From a virus (Duplodnaviria > Caudoviricetes): 46,096 bases of DNA. The notes under the pieces were generated by a model. That model worked only from the letters and a program-made list of their open reading frames with translations, was not told the DNA's origin and ran no database searches. The stretch spans positions 1-46,096 of the IMG/VR virus record IMGVR_UViG_3300030397_000415, one strand, 5' to 3'. The position numbers and the translations under genes were made by a program. Below, piece after piece: positions 15,697-25,623 of this stretch (position 1 is the first letter of the stretch; each line of letters starts with the position of its first letter).

Positions 15697-16031
15697 ACAT
15701 CAATCTTGCCAAGAAGATTCGTCCTATTCTCCTTGGGTGGTACACTGAGATCAAGTATCAGTTCCATTACACTAGTGCTGATGATGGCCACTACAAGATC
15801 CATTTCAATGGGCAGAATCCATATGGCGAGCCGATGGATGAGATCATACTGCACCAAGACAAAGTGGCAGAGACTGGACTGGCTATCAAGTCTCTACAAT
15901 TTCCTTCATTCGGTTGTAATTGGACTTACGAGCAGTTTCTCAAGAAGCTCCGAGAACGAGAGGACAAACTCGAAGCCTTGGAAGAAGCAGAAGCCGAAGT
16001 TGAGCGTTTGAAGAGGGAACTCGGAGAATGA
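15678..16031 (+). CDS. Hypothetical protein, C-terminal coiled coil
   Basis: 117-aa ORF in a tightly packed plus-strand cluster. Confidence 0.6.
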   Translation: MADKEVDINLAKKIRPILLGWYTEIKYQFHYTSADDGHYKIHFNGQNPYGEPMDEIILHQDKVAETGLAIKSLQFPSFGCNWTYEQFLKKLREREDKLEALEEAEAEVERLKRELGE

Positions 16032-16246
16032 AGATCCTCTATAAATGGTCGGATGAAGGGAGGGATCAGGCCCTTAAGCTGCAAGAGAAACTAGAACATC
16101 TCTTTCCGAAAGAAAAGTTTCGGGTTGTGCCTGAACTTGATTCTTCATCCGGTGGGATTGATGTCTATCGTTGGGAAGTCCAGCACAGAGTAGGTTTCTT
16201 TAGTTGGAGAACAGTAGACACCAAACTAATGGGAATAGAGGAATGA
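16028..16246 (+). CDS. Hypothetical protein
   Basis: ATGA overlap with the previous gene; GGAG upstream. Confidence 0.6.
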   Translation: MKILYKWSDEGRDQALKLQEKLEHLFPKEKFRVVPELDSSSGGIDVYRWEVQHRVGFFSWRTVDTKLMGIEE

Positions 16247-16473
16247 ATCACGCTGAAAGGGGTCTCTTTATTCTCGACAACATCGACCGATGCTGTTGGA
16301 TCGGAATCAAAGAGGAGATGAAAGACGCAGTATGTGTCTTGGCAAAGAGGGCAGAGACTACGGGCGGTGGTGACTTCTGCGAAGACACTGATTGCACTTC
16401 GGTCTCCCTTTGGGAAGCCGAAGATCGTTGGGCTGTCATCACTGAATGGGAAGACTATACTGGTCACGGCTGA
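16243..16473 (+). CDS. Hypothetical protein
   Basis: ATGA overlap; GAGG upstream; ends WEDYTGHG. Confidence 0.55.
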   Translation: MNHAERGLFILDNIDRCCWIGIKEEMKDAVCVLAKRAETTGGGDFCEDTDCTSVSLWEAEDRWAVITEWEDYTGHG

Positions 16474-16488
16474 CAGTGTGGTTCTGAT

Positions 16489-16507
16489 TTGACGTGGTTC
16501 ACGTCAA
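16489..16507. promoter_or_regulatory. Perfect inverted repeat, operator-like
   Basis: TTGACGTG-GTT-CACGTCAA in an intergenic gap. Confidence 0.4.
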
Positions 16508-16562
16508 GAGAAGAAGCTGAAAGACTTGGACTTACCAGAGAAGAAAGAGATTGGCTAAATTC

Positions 16563-16967
16563 ATGAAACAAATCCTACCTATCGCACTACTTACTAGCCT
16601 TGTGGCTGCTCAATCCATCGCCGGAGTCATCCGGTGTGGAGGGACGACACAAGCCCAACTACCGATTCGCCAACATACCTCTTGGGTCTGGGGAGGATCT
16701 ACTCCTCATCCCGGAACTGCTGACTTCAGCGACAACCAGACCTTCAATTCGTTCACTGTCCCAATGGGGAAGATCTTTGTGGCCGTGCGGGGAGCAGGGA
16801 GCGTGGCTCTCGCTACCGGAGGCACTACCTCCTTTGGGTTGAATCCGGCCAACCCTACGAATGCTCCGGACGTCACGAACAATGTGGTCTTTCGTACCTT
16901 CTACGAAGGTGATGTGATCACGGCAGGAACTCAAGCCTTCTGTAGCGGATATATTCTGTCCGAGTAA
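16563..16967 (+). CDS. Secreted hypothetical protein
   Basis: Signal peptide MKQILPIALLTSLVAA; FTVPMGKIFV beta-rich segment. Confidence 0.65.
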   Translation: MKQILPIALLTSLVAAQSIAGVIRCGGTTQAQLPIRQHTSWVWGGSTPHPGTADFSDNQTFNSFTVPMGKIFVAVRGAGSVALATGGTTSFGLNPANPTNAPDVTNNVVFRTFYEGDVITAGTQAFCSGYILSE

Positions 16968-16974
16968 AGAGCAA

Positions 16975-17073
16975 GAGGAAGCTACCGGAATCTAGGTGAT
17001 CCGGCACTAAGCATGCAGTGGCACTAGTCCGACAGGGCGACCTGCATTGTAGGTTCGAATCCTACCTTCCTCA
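16975..17073 (+). ncRNA. tRNA-like RNA with non-canonical anticodon region
   Basis: Acceptor GAGGAAG/CTTCCTC, T arm GTAGG-TTCGAAT-CCTAC, D-like arm CCGGA-ATCTAGGTGA-TCCGG; no canonical anticodon stem-loop and no encoded CCA. Confidence 0.65.
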
Positions 17074-17076
17074 CTA

Positions 17077-20000
17077 CTAAGTCACGCAAATCATGAAGCC
17101 TTCGATGGCTCCGCCACCGCCATCGTCCATGTCGAGTTGGACCAGCTTGCCGTCCGAGCCTTGGTGGCGAAGAACGATGGTGTCACCCGAGGTAATGGCG
17201 ATGGTGTTAGAAGTGGAAGCAGAAGCGATTAGCTGAACGAATCCACCACTGTTGACATCAATCTCGACATCTCCGTTGATAGTGCTCGACAGAGTGAAGG
17301 TGTAAGTCCCCGTCACTGTAGCAGTGAAGGTTGCGGAGGATACACCAATCGCGCGCGGGCCGAAGTAGAACTTCCCGATTAGCTCGGATGTCGAAGTGAA
17401 GTCGTGAGTGAAGGATTGACGGGTGGTCAGAGAGGTTCCGTTGAACGTATGGCGCGTACGGAACAGCAGCCTCAGCCCTGGGTCCGCGAAGGTTCCGGTC
17501 GTGGTAAGCTGCTCGAGAATCTTGATGCGATCAAGATCTACTTGGGTTCCTGTCAGCCCAGTCTCGCTGAAGAGGAGAGTGTTATCCTGGAGACGAACCT
17601 CCACCTCGACAGTGGTGGTGTTGTTAGAAGGGAACGAGGTATCTAGAGTCGCAGCATCATTCAGAAGAGCCTCAACCTCGTTCATCGTACGGAAATCCCG
17701 ACGCAAGAAGTCGATGTCGATTCCGTAGTCTTCCGGGCCGGAGCCTACAAACTCCCAAGAGACACTGGTCGCATCGAAGACCGTGTTGTTGAGAGAGAAC
17801 TCACCGACGGGATAGGGTCGCTGGCATCTCCTGTTGAAGATGAGATCGATCTGGTAATCCTCCGTGACTTCGGTCTCGGTGAGCGCAGCATTCACGGATT
17901 TAGGTAGCAGTCGGATATCTACGCGATCGGAGACTCCGAACGTGACATCAGTCAGTCCGCCTCCGACTGAGACGAGATACACAGGACACCCAGCGGCGTG
18001 TGCAGACTGCACAGTATCCAAAGCCCCCCGGTAGACGCTATTCAATTGGATGTCGCTACCGGACGTCTGAGCAGACGTGACGAGCATGAATTCCTGAGCT
18101 TCCGTAGGGGATTCATCGATCAGGATCAGGTTGTTGAGAGAAGTTCCCGCAGCATTCGGATCATCGTAATCTGTGAAGGCGGCTTCAATGGCCGCTTGGC
18201 TGTCTGGGCCAGATTCCAACAGAAGAGAAGTTGTCGGGTTTTCGGCAGCTCCGGTGATGGCGTTCTTCAGAGTTCCGATGAACATGAAGCTGTAGACATT
18301 TCCGGCATCCGCGAAAGAACCCGTAGGATCTGTCGAGGGATCGTGCCTCTCACGGATCGTGTAGAAGTGCTCTACTCCCCGCCTACGGGCTCCACACCAG
18401 ACCTTGGAGGTAGCTTCGCCATTGCCCAAGGGATCTCGTACAGTGAACGCTCGCGGAGCTTCAATCGCCAATTGCTGAGTAGTCAGGAACGGGCGGAGAT
18501 CTTCCGCCGGAGGCGTCCAATCACTAGCGGGCGGATCGGCAAAGGATCCTGCGCGGAATACGAAGTTATCCTCCGTCAGCTCCAGAGTGATTCGTCCGTC
18601 TATGAGATCACCCAAGTCCAGCTTGTTGACTCTCATTGGGAGCTTGTCTAGTCCGAGCTGAGTGTTAGAGAATGCAATCACCTCGCCAGGATTCAGAGCG
18701 AAGAACGTACGGTCGACGACGAGCTTCGCCCGCGCGCGAGGAAAGCTCAGGGCCCGAAGATCTCGCCAAGCTAGCTGGTTCGCGAGGGTTCGGTTCTTGA
18801 CTCCAGGGTATTTCGGGGCGCCAACGATGTTGACTCCGTTCTGGATTCGCTGGTTCGCCATATCTTGGGCGACTGCGAAAGTCTGTTTGAACTCTTCAGA
18901 CTCATCGAAGAATTCGACTTGGACAATGTTCGTGGTATCTTCCCAAGAGCCACGATTGAAGGTGGAGACACTGATACAGTTTGAATCAGTGATCTGAGGA
19001 ACAGTGTCAATGTCGTACCCACCCCGGGCGAGGTTGACTTTCCATAGCCCAGTGAGCTGATCAACATACAGAACTCCGTCAATCTGGCGCTCAATCTCGT
19101 TGATGAAATCCGCAATTTGGATCTCACGATCGAGCAGCATGGAGAATCCGTTGCCCTCGGTTGCTAGAGTCGTAGCATTGTCAGTGAAGTTCGTAGTATC
19201 AATCTCAGCAGCAGATCTCCCAAGACCCCACTCTTTGTTGGTCAGGACCTCGTAGAGAACACTCATCGGATTGGCATCTTTGCCGTTGATTGTGGCTGTA
19301 CCAACGAGCAGCCCCAGATCATTAGGGATACGCCTGACCTGAAAACTCCAAGGCTCAATTCGAGTAGAGTTTCCGACATAGAATGGCTGATCAGTTGGGA
19401 TCACATATGCTGTCCCAACATAGGCAGGAGTCTGTCCGTTCTGGGATTGGAACGAGCTGCTGTAGGTCAGGTCCAGAGTACAGCCCGTACCGGCACCAGC
19501 AGTCGCAACAGGGTTGGTCGGGATGGCGCTATAGAATCCCTCCGTCACAACCTCTACGGTGTCGACAGCACTACCAGTAATGGTAAGCACTCTCACTTGA
19601 GCAGTTGTGGTCGAAGTCCCTCCTACAATGTTCAGAAGGTTTCCTACTGCGTATCCGGTTCCTCCGCTGTCGACCGTGGCTGACACGACCGAGCGGCGGG
19701 ACAGATAGCCCGAGACACCTTGACTTTGACTGCCATCAAAAACAGTAACATCGATATCAATACCACCATTGCCGTCTTCGTCTCCCCCAAAGTAAAGAGG
19801 ATCGTCTACTACAATCGTTCCGCTTCCGGCAACAAGAGCACCGTCGTAAGCCAGTTGGTCGCTCACCCAGAGTTTCTCGATGCCGTCGATCTGTCCTCGG
19901 CAGAGAGACATCTGCATACCGACGCGATACTTGAAGCCAGCGACGAAAGTCTCCGAGCTGAAGAGTCCCGTCATCACAGTCTCGATGATGGGCTCCCGCT

Positions 20001-20202
20001 GAAGGTTTCCGTACCAAGTCACGTTGGGACTTCTCTGGCGAACCGTTCCCCAGATCAGAGGAATAGGGCGACCTTCGGTAGCAGTAGGAAAGTTGAAATC
20101 GCCCAACCCAAGGGGGCGGGCATCTTCGAACTTCGGTTTAGGTCTGATCAGCTCTGATACAACGAACAGAACAATCGCTACGACAACTTGTACCCAAGCC
20201 AT
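17077..20202 (-). CDS. Central tail hub / tail tip protein (Phage-tail_3-like)
   Basis: FPTATEGRPIPLIWGT, NVTWYG, DANP...LYEVLTNKEWGLG, LNPGEVI, VYRGALDT; last gene of the tail module. Confidence 0.85.
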   Translation of the reverse strand: MAWVQVVVAIVLFVVSELIRPKPKFEDARPLGLGDFNFPTATEGRPIPLIWGTVRQRSPNVTWYGNLQREPIIETVMTGLFSSETFVAGFKYRVGMQMSLCRGQIDGIEKLWVSDQLAYDGALVAGSGTIVVDDPLYFGGDEDGNGGIDIDVTVFDGSQSQGVSGYLSRRSVVSATVDSGGTGYAVGNLLNIVGGTSTTTAQVRVLTITGSAVDTVEVVTEGFYSAIPTNPVATAGAGTGCTLDLTYSSSFQSQNGQTPAYVGTAYVIPTDQPFYVGNSTRIEPWSFQVRRIPNDLGLLVGTATINGKDANPMSVLYEVLTNKEWGLGRSAAEIDTTNFTDNATTLATEGNGFSMLLDREIQIADFINEIERQIDGVLYVDQLTGLWKVNLARGGYDIDTVPQITDSNCISVSTFNRGSWEDTTNIVQVEFFDESEEFKQTFAVAQDMANQRIQNGVNIVGAPKYPGVKNRTLANQLAWRDLRALSFPRARAKLVVDRTFFALNPGEVIAFSNTQLGLDKLPMRVNKLDLGDLIDGRITLELTEDNFVFRAGSFADPPASDWTPPAEDLRPFLTTQQLAIEAPRAFTVRDPLGNGEATSKVWCGARRRGVEHFYTIRERHDPSTDPTGSFADAGNVYSFMFIGTLKNAITGAAENPTTSLLLESGPDSQAAIEAAFTDYDDPNAAGTSLNNLILIDESPTEAQEFMLVTSAQTSGSDIQLNSVYRGALDTVQSAHAAGCPVYLVSVGGGLTDVTFGVSDRVDIRLLPKSVNAALTETEVTEDYQIDLIFNRRCQRPYPVGEFSLNNTVFDATSVSWEFVGSGPEDYGIDIDFLRRDFRTMNEVEALLNDAATLDTSFPSNNTTTVEVEVRLQDNTLLFSETGLTGTQVDLDRIKILEQLTTTGTFADPGLRLLFRTRHTFNGTSLTTRQSFTHDFTSTSELIGKFYFGPRAIGVSSATFTATVTGTYTFTLSSTINGDVEIDVNSGGFVQLIASASTSNTIAITSGDTIVLRHQGSDGKLVQLDMDDGGGGAIEGFMICVT

Positions 20203-21042
20203 TTATCTAATCTCGATGCCAGATTCAAAGGGGTTCAGAGCAGGAATAAAGTTGAATCCCCCGAATCGAGTGAGATTATTGAACTTTGAGTCACAAGTCT
20301 CGATGGTGTGATCACACCCAGCAAGTACGATCACAGAAGATCCTGTAGGATCTGTCGCGAAGGGGAGATTGATGACGAGATCGTCACCAGATTGGGCCAG
20401 GACGGCGCGGAAATCATCGCCGGCAGCAGATTGAATGAACCCAGCTACAAAGAAATCCGGATCAGCGTTGAACGCAGCTGCTCCGGTAACTGTGAGAGTG
20501 GTGCCGCTAGAGTTGACGGAAGCAACAGTCCCAGTAAACCGGAAGCTAGAGCTGTTTTCATCCACCTGACATTGCTCGTCGTAGAGGACATGATTACAAA
20601 GACCAGTGAACTTGAACCTCGGCATCGGCCGAGAGACAGCAGCCTGGATGGGAAGAGCATCGATAGTGGCTTTCTGTCCATCGTTCTCGAACGTCACCGC
20701 AGTCACAAAGCCATTGAAGATAGTGATGACTTCGGGAGTGCCGCCATCGTTGCGGTGGTAACGTTGGATTACTAGCTCAGCTCGCTGGCCAGGCACGACC
20801 CCAATGTATCGGCGGACGAAGACATTATCCCCGGGAAGTTCTACGCGAAGAGATTGGTTGTTTTCGTTACGATCTACTGAGATAGATCTACGACTAACTG
20901 GAGCAGCAGTATAGGTTGTACCAGAGACGACGACATCGTCTTCTGCGGAAGTATAGGTAAACATCGTAGCACCAAGCGTAAACCGGTAGATCTCTACAGG
21001 CTGGCCGCTTTCGATGCCAGTTTCTTGGGAGGTGTAGGTCAT
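20203..21042 (-). CDS. Tail hub protein, DUF2163/BR0599 family (Fe-S type Cys motif)
   Basis: CNHVLYDEQC and AGCDHTIETCDSKFNNLTRFGGF. Confidence 0.9.
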   Translation of the reverse strand: MTYTSQETGIESGQPVEIYRFTLGATMFTYTSAEDDVVVSGTTYTAAPVSRRSISVDRNENNQSLRVELPGDNVFVRRYIGVVPGQRAELVIQRYHRNDGGTPEVITIFNGFVTAVTFENDGQKATIDALPIQAAVSRPMPRFKFTGLCNHVLYDEQCQVDENSSSFRFTGTVASVNSSGTTLTVTGAAAFNADPDFFVAGFIQSAAGDDFRAVLAQSGDDLVINLPFATDPTGSSVIVLAGCDHTIETCDSKFNNLTRFGGFNFIPALNPFESGIEIR

Positions 21043-22781
21043 TCGAACACAGTCTTAACAGGAGCGCTAATCCTGACCAGCCTATTCCCAAGCTCGTGCT
21101 GGAAGGTGATTCGATCGCTATCGAACCGAGCTTCCTCAACGAACATGATTTTCTCGATGTTCGCCAGTGATTGAGTGGAAGGCCAGGAGGGAGTTACAGT
21201 CAATCTCTCCGTATCTGAGTCGACTTCTTCGGAAGAAGTGATCGTATGGATAATGGGAGTTGTTCCATCTACAAAAGTGATGCGGATAGTGTTCCAAGGC
21301 TGGCGAGATTGAACGAACCTCGTATACCCGACGTGAACGATATCAATCGTATTGGATCCACTAGCGATACCTGTTTCGGGAGTAAGATCATTCCAGAAAG
21401 TAGGTAGATAAAAGGAAGTAAGACGACCCTTGTGAAAATGAACAGCCTGACGGGTCTCCCAAACCGCCTGTCTTCCCGAAGCATAGAAGGTCTTCGCGCT
21501 TACCCTCTTACCCCGTGTCCATTGACTCAATTGAGTCGCCTTACCGGTCCGGTTGTCAATACGCGTGAATCTACGCTGGAACGATTCAGTCAATTGATTA
21601 CCGATACCATTGTCGTCATCAAACACGACCTTAGAGTTGAACGTCGTAGGCCAAGTACCTGCGGCGATCGCTCCGATGTTCGAATCGTTATCGGTGACGG
21701 TGAAAGTGATGCTCCGAGAGGATAGGTTCACAGAGAACCTACGTCCCGAGATGTTAGTTGTCATCTCTGCCAGTCTGAGAGGAGCAACGATAGTTCCTTC
21801 GGTGAACTCGATAGTGGTAGCAGACTTAAGAGTGATGGTAGTAGAAGTGTGACTGTCAATCTCGATGACTTCGAAATTCGTCTGACTATCGAACAAGACT
21901 AGCAGAGTGTTGTCCCGGAAATCAGCATAATCGGTATCGCCGACATTGATAGTCGTAGTGCCGATAGAAGCTGTAGAAGTCAGGCGAGTGAGTTCGTGCC
22001 ACACAGGCACACCGAACAGTCTATGCTGCCAATCAAAGATGATGTTGTCGATGATGGACTGTTCAGTTCCCTCTTCAACAAGGTAAGTGAAGTTGAAGCT
22101 TTGTCTTGGGTTCTTCCGCAGGGCAGCTCTTTGCTCTGTCCCATCCAAGTGAGTTCTGATATCCGTAAGGAATTCTAGGATCTCCGTATACGGCATCTCA
22201 GGAGGAACCGAGAAGAATACGAGACGAGACAAGGTGACAGGAACACTGATAGTCATCCCCGTCCCAAAAGTGAAATCGATAGTACTGTCTACAGAAGCTG
22301 CACCACTAACAGCAACGTCGATAGTAAGATCCAATTGAGATTGAAATGCTACCGTAGCCGGGAGAGTAGGAGATCCACCGACAGTGGTACCGTCTCCTAG
22401 ATTGTTGACGATTCCCGTGACAGTTTGATTGGTTCTACGATATGCGTTGTAGACTACAAGAGCTTGGCTCTGAGCGCTAATGACGTTGCCGAAGTCATAA
22501 GAGCGAGAAAGAACATGGAAACTCTCGTACCAATCTTTTCCCGTGGCTTCGGTGCCGTTGAAATATCCAGGATACGTTGATACAGCAGGAGCTACAAACC
22601 CAGGACCTGCCTCGCGAACTCCCAAGAGAGTAGCGGAAGGGTCTAATACGGCAGGCTCGTCAAGAGTTACGATAGGATCACTATCCTGTTTCGTACCTTG
22701 ATAAGCGCCTGGCGCGCGGCCAGGGAGAATGGCTTCTACATCGAAGACACTCGCGCTAGTTACTCCGGGATACTCCGCCAT
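21039..22781 (-). CDS. Virion structural protein, distal-tail-like
   Basis: ILEFLTD...GTEQR.ALR..PR and GRL.SFYLP motifs; position just before the BR0599 gene. Confidence 0.7.
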   Translation of the reverse strand: MAEYPGVTSASVFDVEAILPGRAPGAYQGTKQDSDPIVTLDEPAVLDPSATLLGVREAGPGFVAPAVSTYPGYFNGTEATGKDWYESFHVLSRSYDFGNVISAQSQALVVYNAYRRTNQTVTGIVNNLGDGTTVGGSPTLPATVAFQSQLDLTIDVAVSGAASVDSTIDFTFGTGMTISVPVTLSRLVFFSVPPEMPYTEILEFLTDIRTHLDGTEQRAALRKNPRQSFNFTYLVEEGTEQSIIDNIIFDWQHRLFGVPVWHELTRLTSTASIGTTTINVGDTDYADFRDNTLLVLFDSQTNFEVIEIDSHTSTTITLKSATTIEFTEGTIVAPLRLAEMTTNISGRRFSVNLSSRSITFTVTDNDSNIGAIAAGTWPTTFNSKVVFDDDNGIGNQLTESFQRRFTRIDNRTGKATQLSQWTRGKRVSAKTFYASGRQAVWETRQAVHFHKGRLTSFYLPTFWNDLTPETGIASGSNTIDIVHVGYTRFVQSRQPWNTIRITFVDGTTPIIHTITSSEEVDSDTERLTVTPSWPSTQSLANIEKIMFVEEARFDSDRITFQHELGNRLVRISAPVKTVFE

Positions 22782-23782
22782 TAAGAGGTGGCCTTATACA
22801 TGATTCCAGAGTGACCGGAGTTCGGAGCAGAAACAAGAGTTCCGCTCTTAGCGGACCACGGGAACACGTACCACGTGTCGGAGCCAATAGTGATAGCTTG
22901 GGCTGCCGAGAAGAAGCGATTGTTGATTCCCCTTACGTTAGGCATCGAACCCAAGTATCTAGTTGCAGCAGTCGTCGGTTGGCGATAATAGCATTCGATC
23001 GGGTAGCCGTTGACCTGTCCGTTATCGTTAGAGAAACCATTGTTGTTTCCGTAAGCGTAGGCCGTAGGACCTCCTCGGAATCCTCCTTGCACGTGGACTT
23101 TGTCTTCACCAGCCGTATCGTCCGGAGCGGCAGTGCCCATACTTGCTCCCCAGACTTGGCCCCACTTTCCTGCGGCGTCCTGCTCAGGAAAGCCCTCCAT
23201 ATGGAGAGTTGCTGCTTTCCTTCCGGTGTTGCCAGACTGAGAGAAGAGACCATCTAGCAAGCCAGTCGATTGAATGCTGTCGAGGTTACCAAGACGTTCG
23301 AATCCACAGACAAAACCTCCGCCGGTCCAAGTTCCGTCTTTGACGAGTTCGCCAAAATGCATATGCACAAACTGACCAGAGGAAATTTCGATGACAGCGT
23401 ACAGATAGGGAGCAGGAGTCGTATCTTCGAAGAGCCAGTAGTTGTATGGACCCGTCCCTTCTAGATCTACATGACGCTGGCCTCTAGCAGTAGCGTTAGA
23501 CCAACTGGAATTGACTCCGTTACCAGAGTCATCTGTATGGTTTCCCGGATCCGTACCTGCTCCATCAAAATCCAACGCATGATGTAGCGATAGCACTTGA
23601 GCATCAGCAGTGTCGTAGCGCATAGAAGCCCAGACACCCGAACCACTAGATCCACGATGAAAAGCAACATGGCCGTTTCCGCTGTCGTTCTCGTCTTGCG
23701 TCCAGCCATTAGTAGTGGCGAAGCTCAGGAACGAAGTGATGAAGTTCGGTAGAGTAGAGGATGTACCGGTAGAAAATCCCAT
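22781..23782 (-). CDS. Virion structural protein (tail region)
   Basis: FATTNGWT, HMHFGEL.KDG.W.GG, W.VFP motifs; position after the tape measure gene. Confidence 0.7.
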   Translation of the reverse strand: MGFSTGTSSTLPNFITSFLSFATTNGWTQDENDSGNGHVAFHRGSSGSGVWASMRYDTADAQVLSLHHALDFDGAGTDPGNHTDDSGNGVNSSWSNATARGQRHVDLEGTGPYNYWLFEDTTPAPYLYAVIEISSGQFVHMHFGELVKDGTWTGGGFVCGFERLGNLDSIQSTGLLDGLFSQSGNTGRKAATLHMEGFPEQDAAGKWGQVWGASMGTAAPDDTAGEDKVHVQGGFRGGPTAYAYGNNNGFSNDNGQVNGYPIECYYRQPTTAATRYLGSMPNVRGINNRFFSAAQAITIGSDTWYVFPWSAKSGTLVSAPNSGHSGIMYKATS

Positions 23783-25623
23783 CAGTCTTCCCTAATAGCC
23801 ATTCTTGTATAAGACAGAGCCCTGTTGCCACACTGATAGACTCTGTAGCGATCAGTCCCAATAGTGATCCTATCTTGGGACACGATTGTCGTCCCGTCAT
23901 TGGTGGCGCTAAACCAAAACACTCCTTCTAGTTCTCCTTGGGCTCCCACGAAAGAGGAAGTGCTGGCGGTCAAGGTTACAGCATATAGGCGAGTGATATC
24001 AGTTCCGGATTCGGGGGTTGGTTCCAAGTTGAGGCTGACCGTACCAGGAACCCCAGTGAGAGGAGCGATGTCCTCAAAGTGAGGGATTAGAGAACTTTCA
24101 TCAGTGATGAGATCTACGGAAGCTGTTCCCGAAGGAGTATTGTCAGGTTGACCGACAGGGTACAAGACAAAGTCTTGCAGCTTGCTACGAGTAGATCCGT
24201 TAGATGTGCTGTTAGCTACTGCTTGCCAGACGCTGTCCGTTCGGTAATAGAATCCGGGGCCGGGCGATCCACTGAATTGAATTGCTTCGGCAAGGCCAGT
24301 GAACTCTCCAACTGCTGTTGTGGTGAACGTAGTCTGATACCGAGAAGTCGATCCCATGATGTAGTTGGGATATGGGAACTCAGTCTCGGTTCCGTTCTGG
24401 TTCAGCAGCCCAAGATGGAAGGTGCTGTCGAAGTTCGTAGAAGCACTAGAAATGCGGGCACCGCCCGTCATTCGGCGAGTAGTGACCGAGACTTCGAAAT
24501 CGATCGGGAAAGATCCATTCGAATCCCGCATGATCATATACGAACCGCCAGTTGCGACAACCCTATCGTCTCCTGGAGAAATACCGGCTTGATTAGCGAA
24601 GGTTAGTCCGTTATTGTATCCTGAGAAGCCAGACAGAGAGATATTATATGAGTCATCTACTCCATCAGTCTCCTGATACAGCCGCATACCAGAGAAGATT
24701 CTTTGAGAGCCGTCTCCCGGAGCTTGGAAGATAACAACACTTTCGTTCTGGTCAGTAGCGTTCTGGAAGGTTACATTCAACTCGCAACCAGTACCGCTGC
24801 CAGAAGTAGACCCTTGGGCGATATCACCAGGGAACTTATGAGTCTCTTCGTACAGGCCCGCAGTTTGTAGAGTAACAGTGGCTACCGCAGATCCAGATAG
24901 AGTTGCTACCGTAAAGACCGCATCGATCGAGTTACCAACAGAGTCTTCAGCAGCAAGAGTGATGGTATCACTTACTGCGTACCCTGTCCCTCCCGAGGCC
25001 ACAGTGGCGCTCACAGCTTCCTGAGAGCGACGAAGCACAGTCCACCCCGTACTGGACATAGTAATGTCAACTGTCGCTCCTGATCCTGTGCCGCCTGTTA
25101 CAGAGTTAGCAGTCAGAGTAGGATCAGCAGTGTAGGCTCCCTGAAGTTGAGGCTTGAGTTCTACAATTCCCCCGGAACCGTTGACTTTAGTGACTTCGAG
25201 AGTAGCACTAGTCGGGCTGGTGCCGCCAGCTACAGTCAGGACATCTCCCACAATGTAGCTAGACCCAGCAGCGTTGGGAGCAGCGCTTGTGACATAATTG
25301 GTGGAGTTCATCGTAACATCGATATCTACTCCTGATCCTGTGCCTCCGGTCGCTGCGTTATCCGTTAGAGTAGGGTCAGCAGTGTAGGCTCCAGCACTAT
25401 AGACACGGACACCATCTACGACTCCAGATGAAACACTAGTGACTTCTACTTGGCCAGCGTGGGTAGAGGTTCCTCCGGCAAGAGTGAGGATGTCTCCCAC
25501 AACATAGCCCGTGCCTCCAGAACTACCTACAGCGACAGAAGCAACAGAATCGCTTGTGACGATTTCTGTAATCTCATCTACGAAGTCAAAGTATCCGTCA
25601 GCTTGTCCTTCAATCCACGCCAT
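23782..25623 (-). CDS. Virion structural protein with three GGTGY beta-rich repeats
   Basis: YPNYIMGS, GELEGVFW motifs; three ~80-aa internal repeats in the N-terminal half. Confidence 0.72.
   Translation of the reverse strand: MAWIEGQADGYFDFVDEITEIVTSDSVASVAVGSSGGTGYVVGDILTLAGGTSTHAGQVEVTSVSSGVVDGVRVYSAGAYTADPTLTDNAATGGTGSGVDIDVTMNSTNYVTSAAPNAAGSSYIVGDVLTVAGGTSPTSATLEVTKVNGSGGIVELKPQLQGAYTADPTLTANSVTGGTGSGATVDITMSSTGWTVLRRSQEAVSATVASGGTGYAVSDTITLAAEDSVGNSIDAVFTVATLSGSAVATVTLQTAGLYEETHKFPGDIAQGSTSGSGTGCELNVTFQNATDQNESVVIFQAPGDGSQRIFSGMRLYQETDGVDDSYNISLSGFSGYNNGLTFANQAGISPGDDRVVATGGSYMIMRDSNGSFPIDFEVSVTTRRMTGGARISSASTNFDSTFHLGLLNQNGTETEFPYPNYIMGSTSRYQTTFTTTAVGEFTGLAEAIQFSGSPGPGFYYRTDSVWQAVANSTSNGSTRSKLQDFVLYPVGQPDNTPSGTASVDLITDESSLIPHFEDIAPLTGVPGTVSLNLEPTPESGTDITRLYAVTLTASTSSFVGAQGELEGVFWFSATNDGTTIVSQDRITIGTDRYRVYQCGNRALSYTRMAIRED

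Noticed and set aside
16975-17073. Calling the element tRNA-Met(CAT) or tRNA-Sec
   Set aside because: The CAT lies in an 8-nt loop without U33 on a 4-bp stem; there is no TCA anticodon or 8-bp acceptor.
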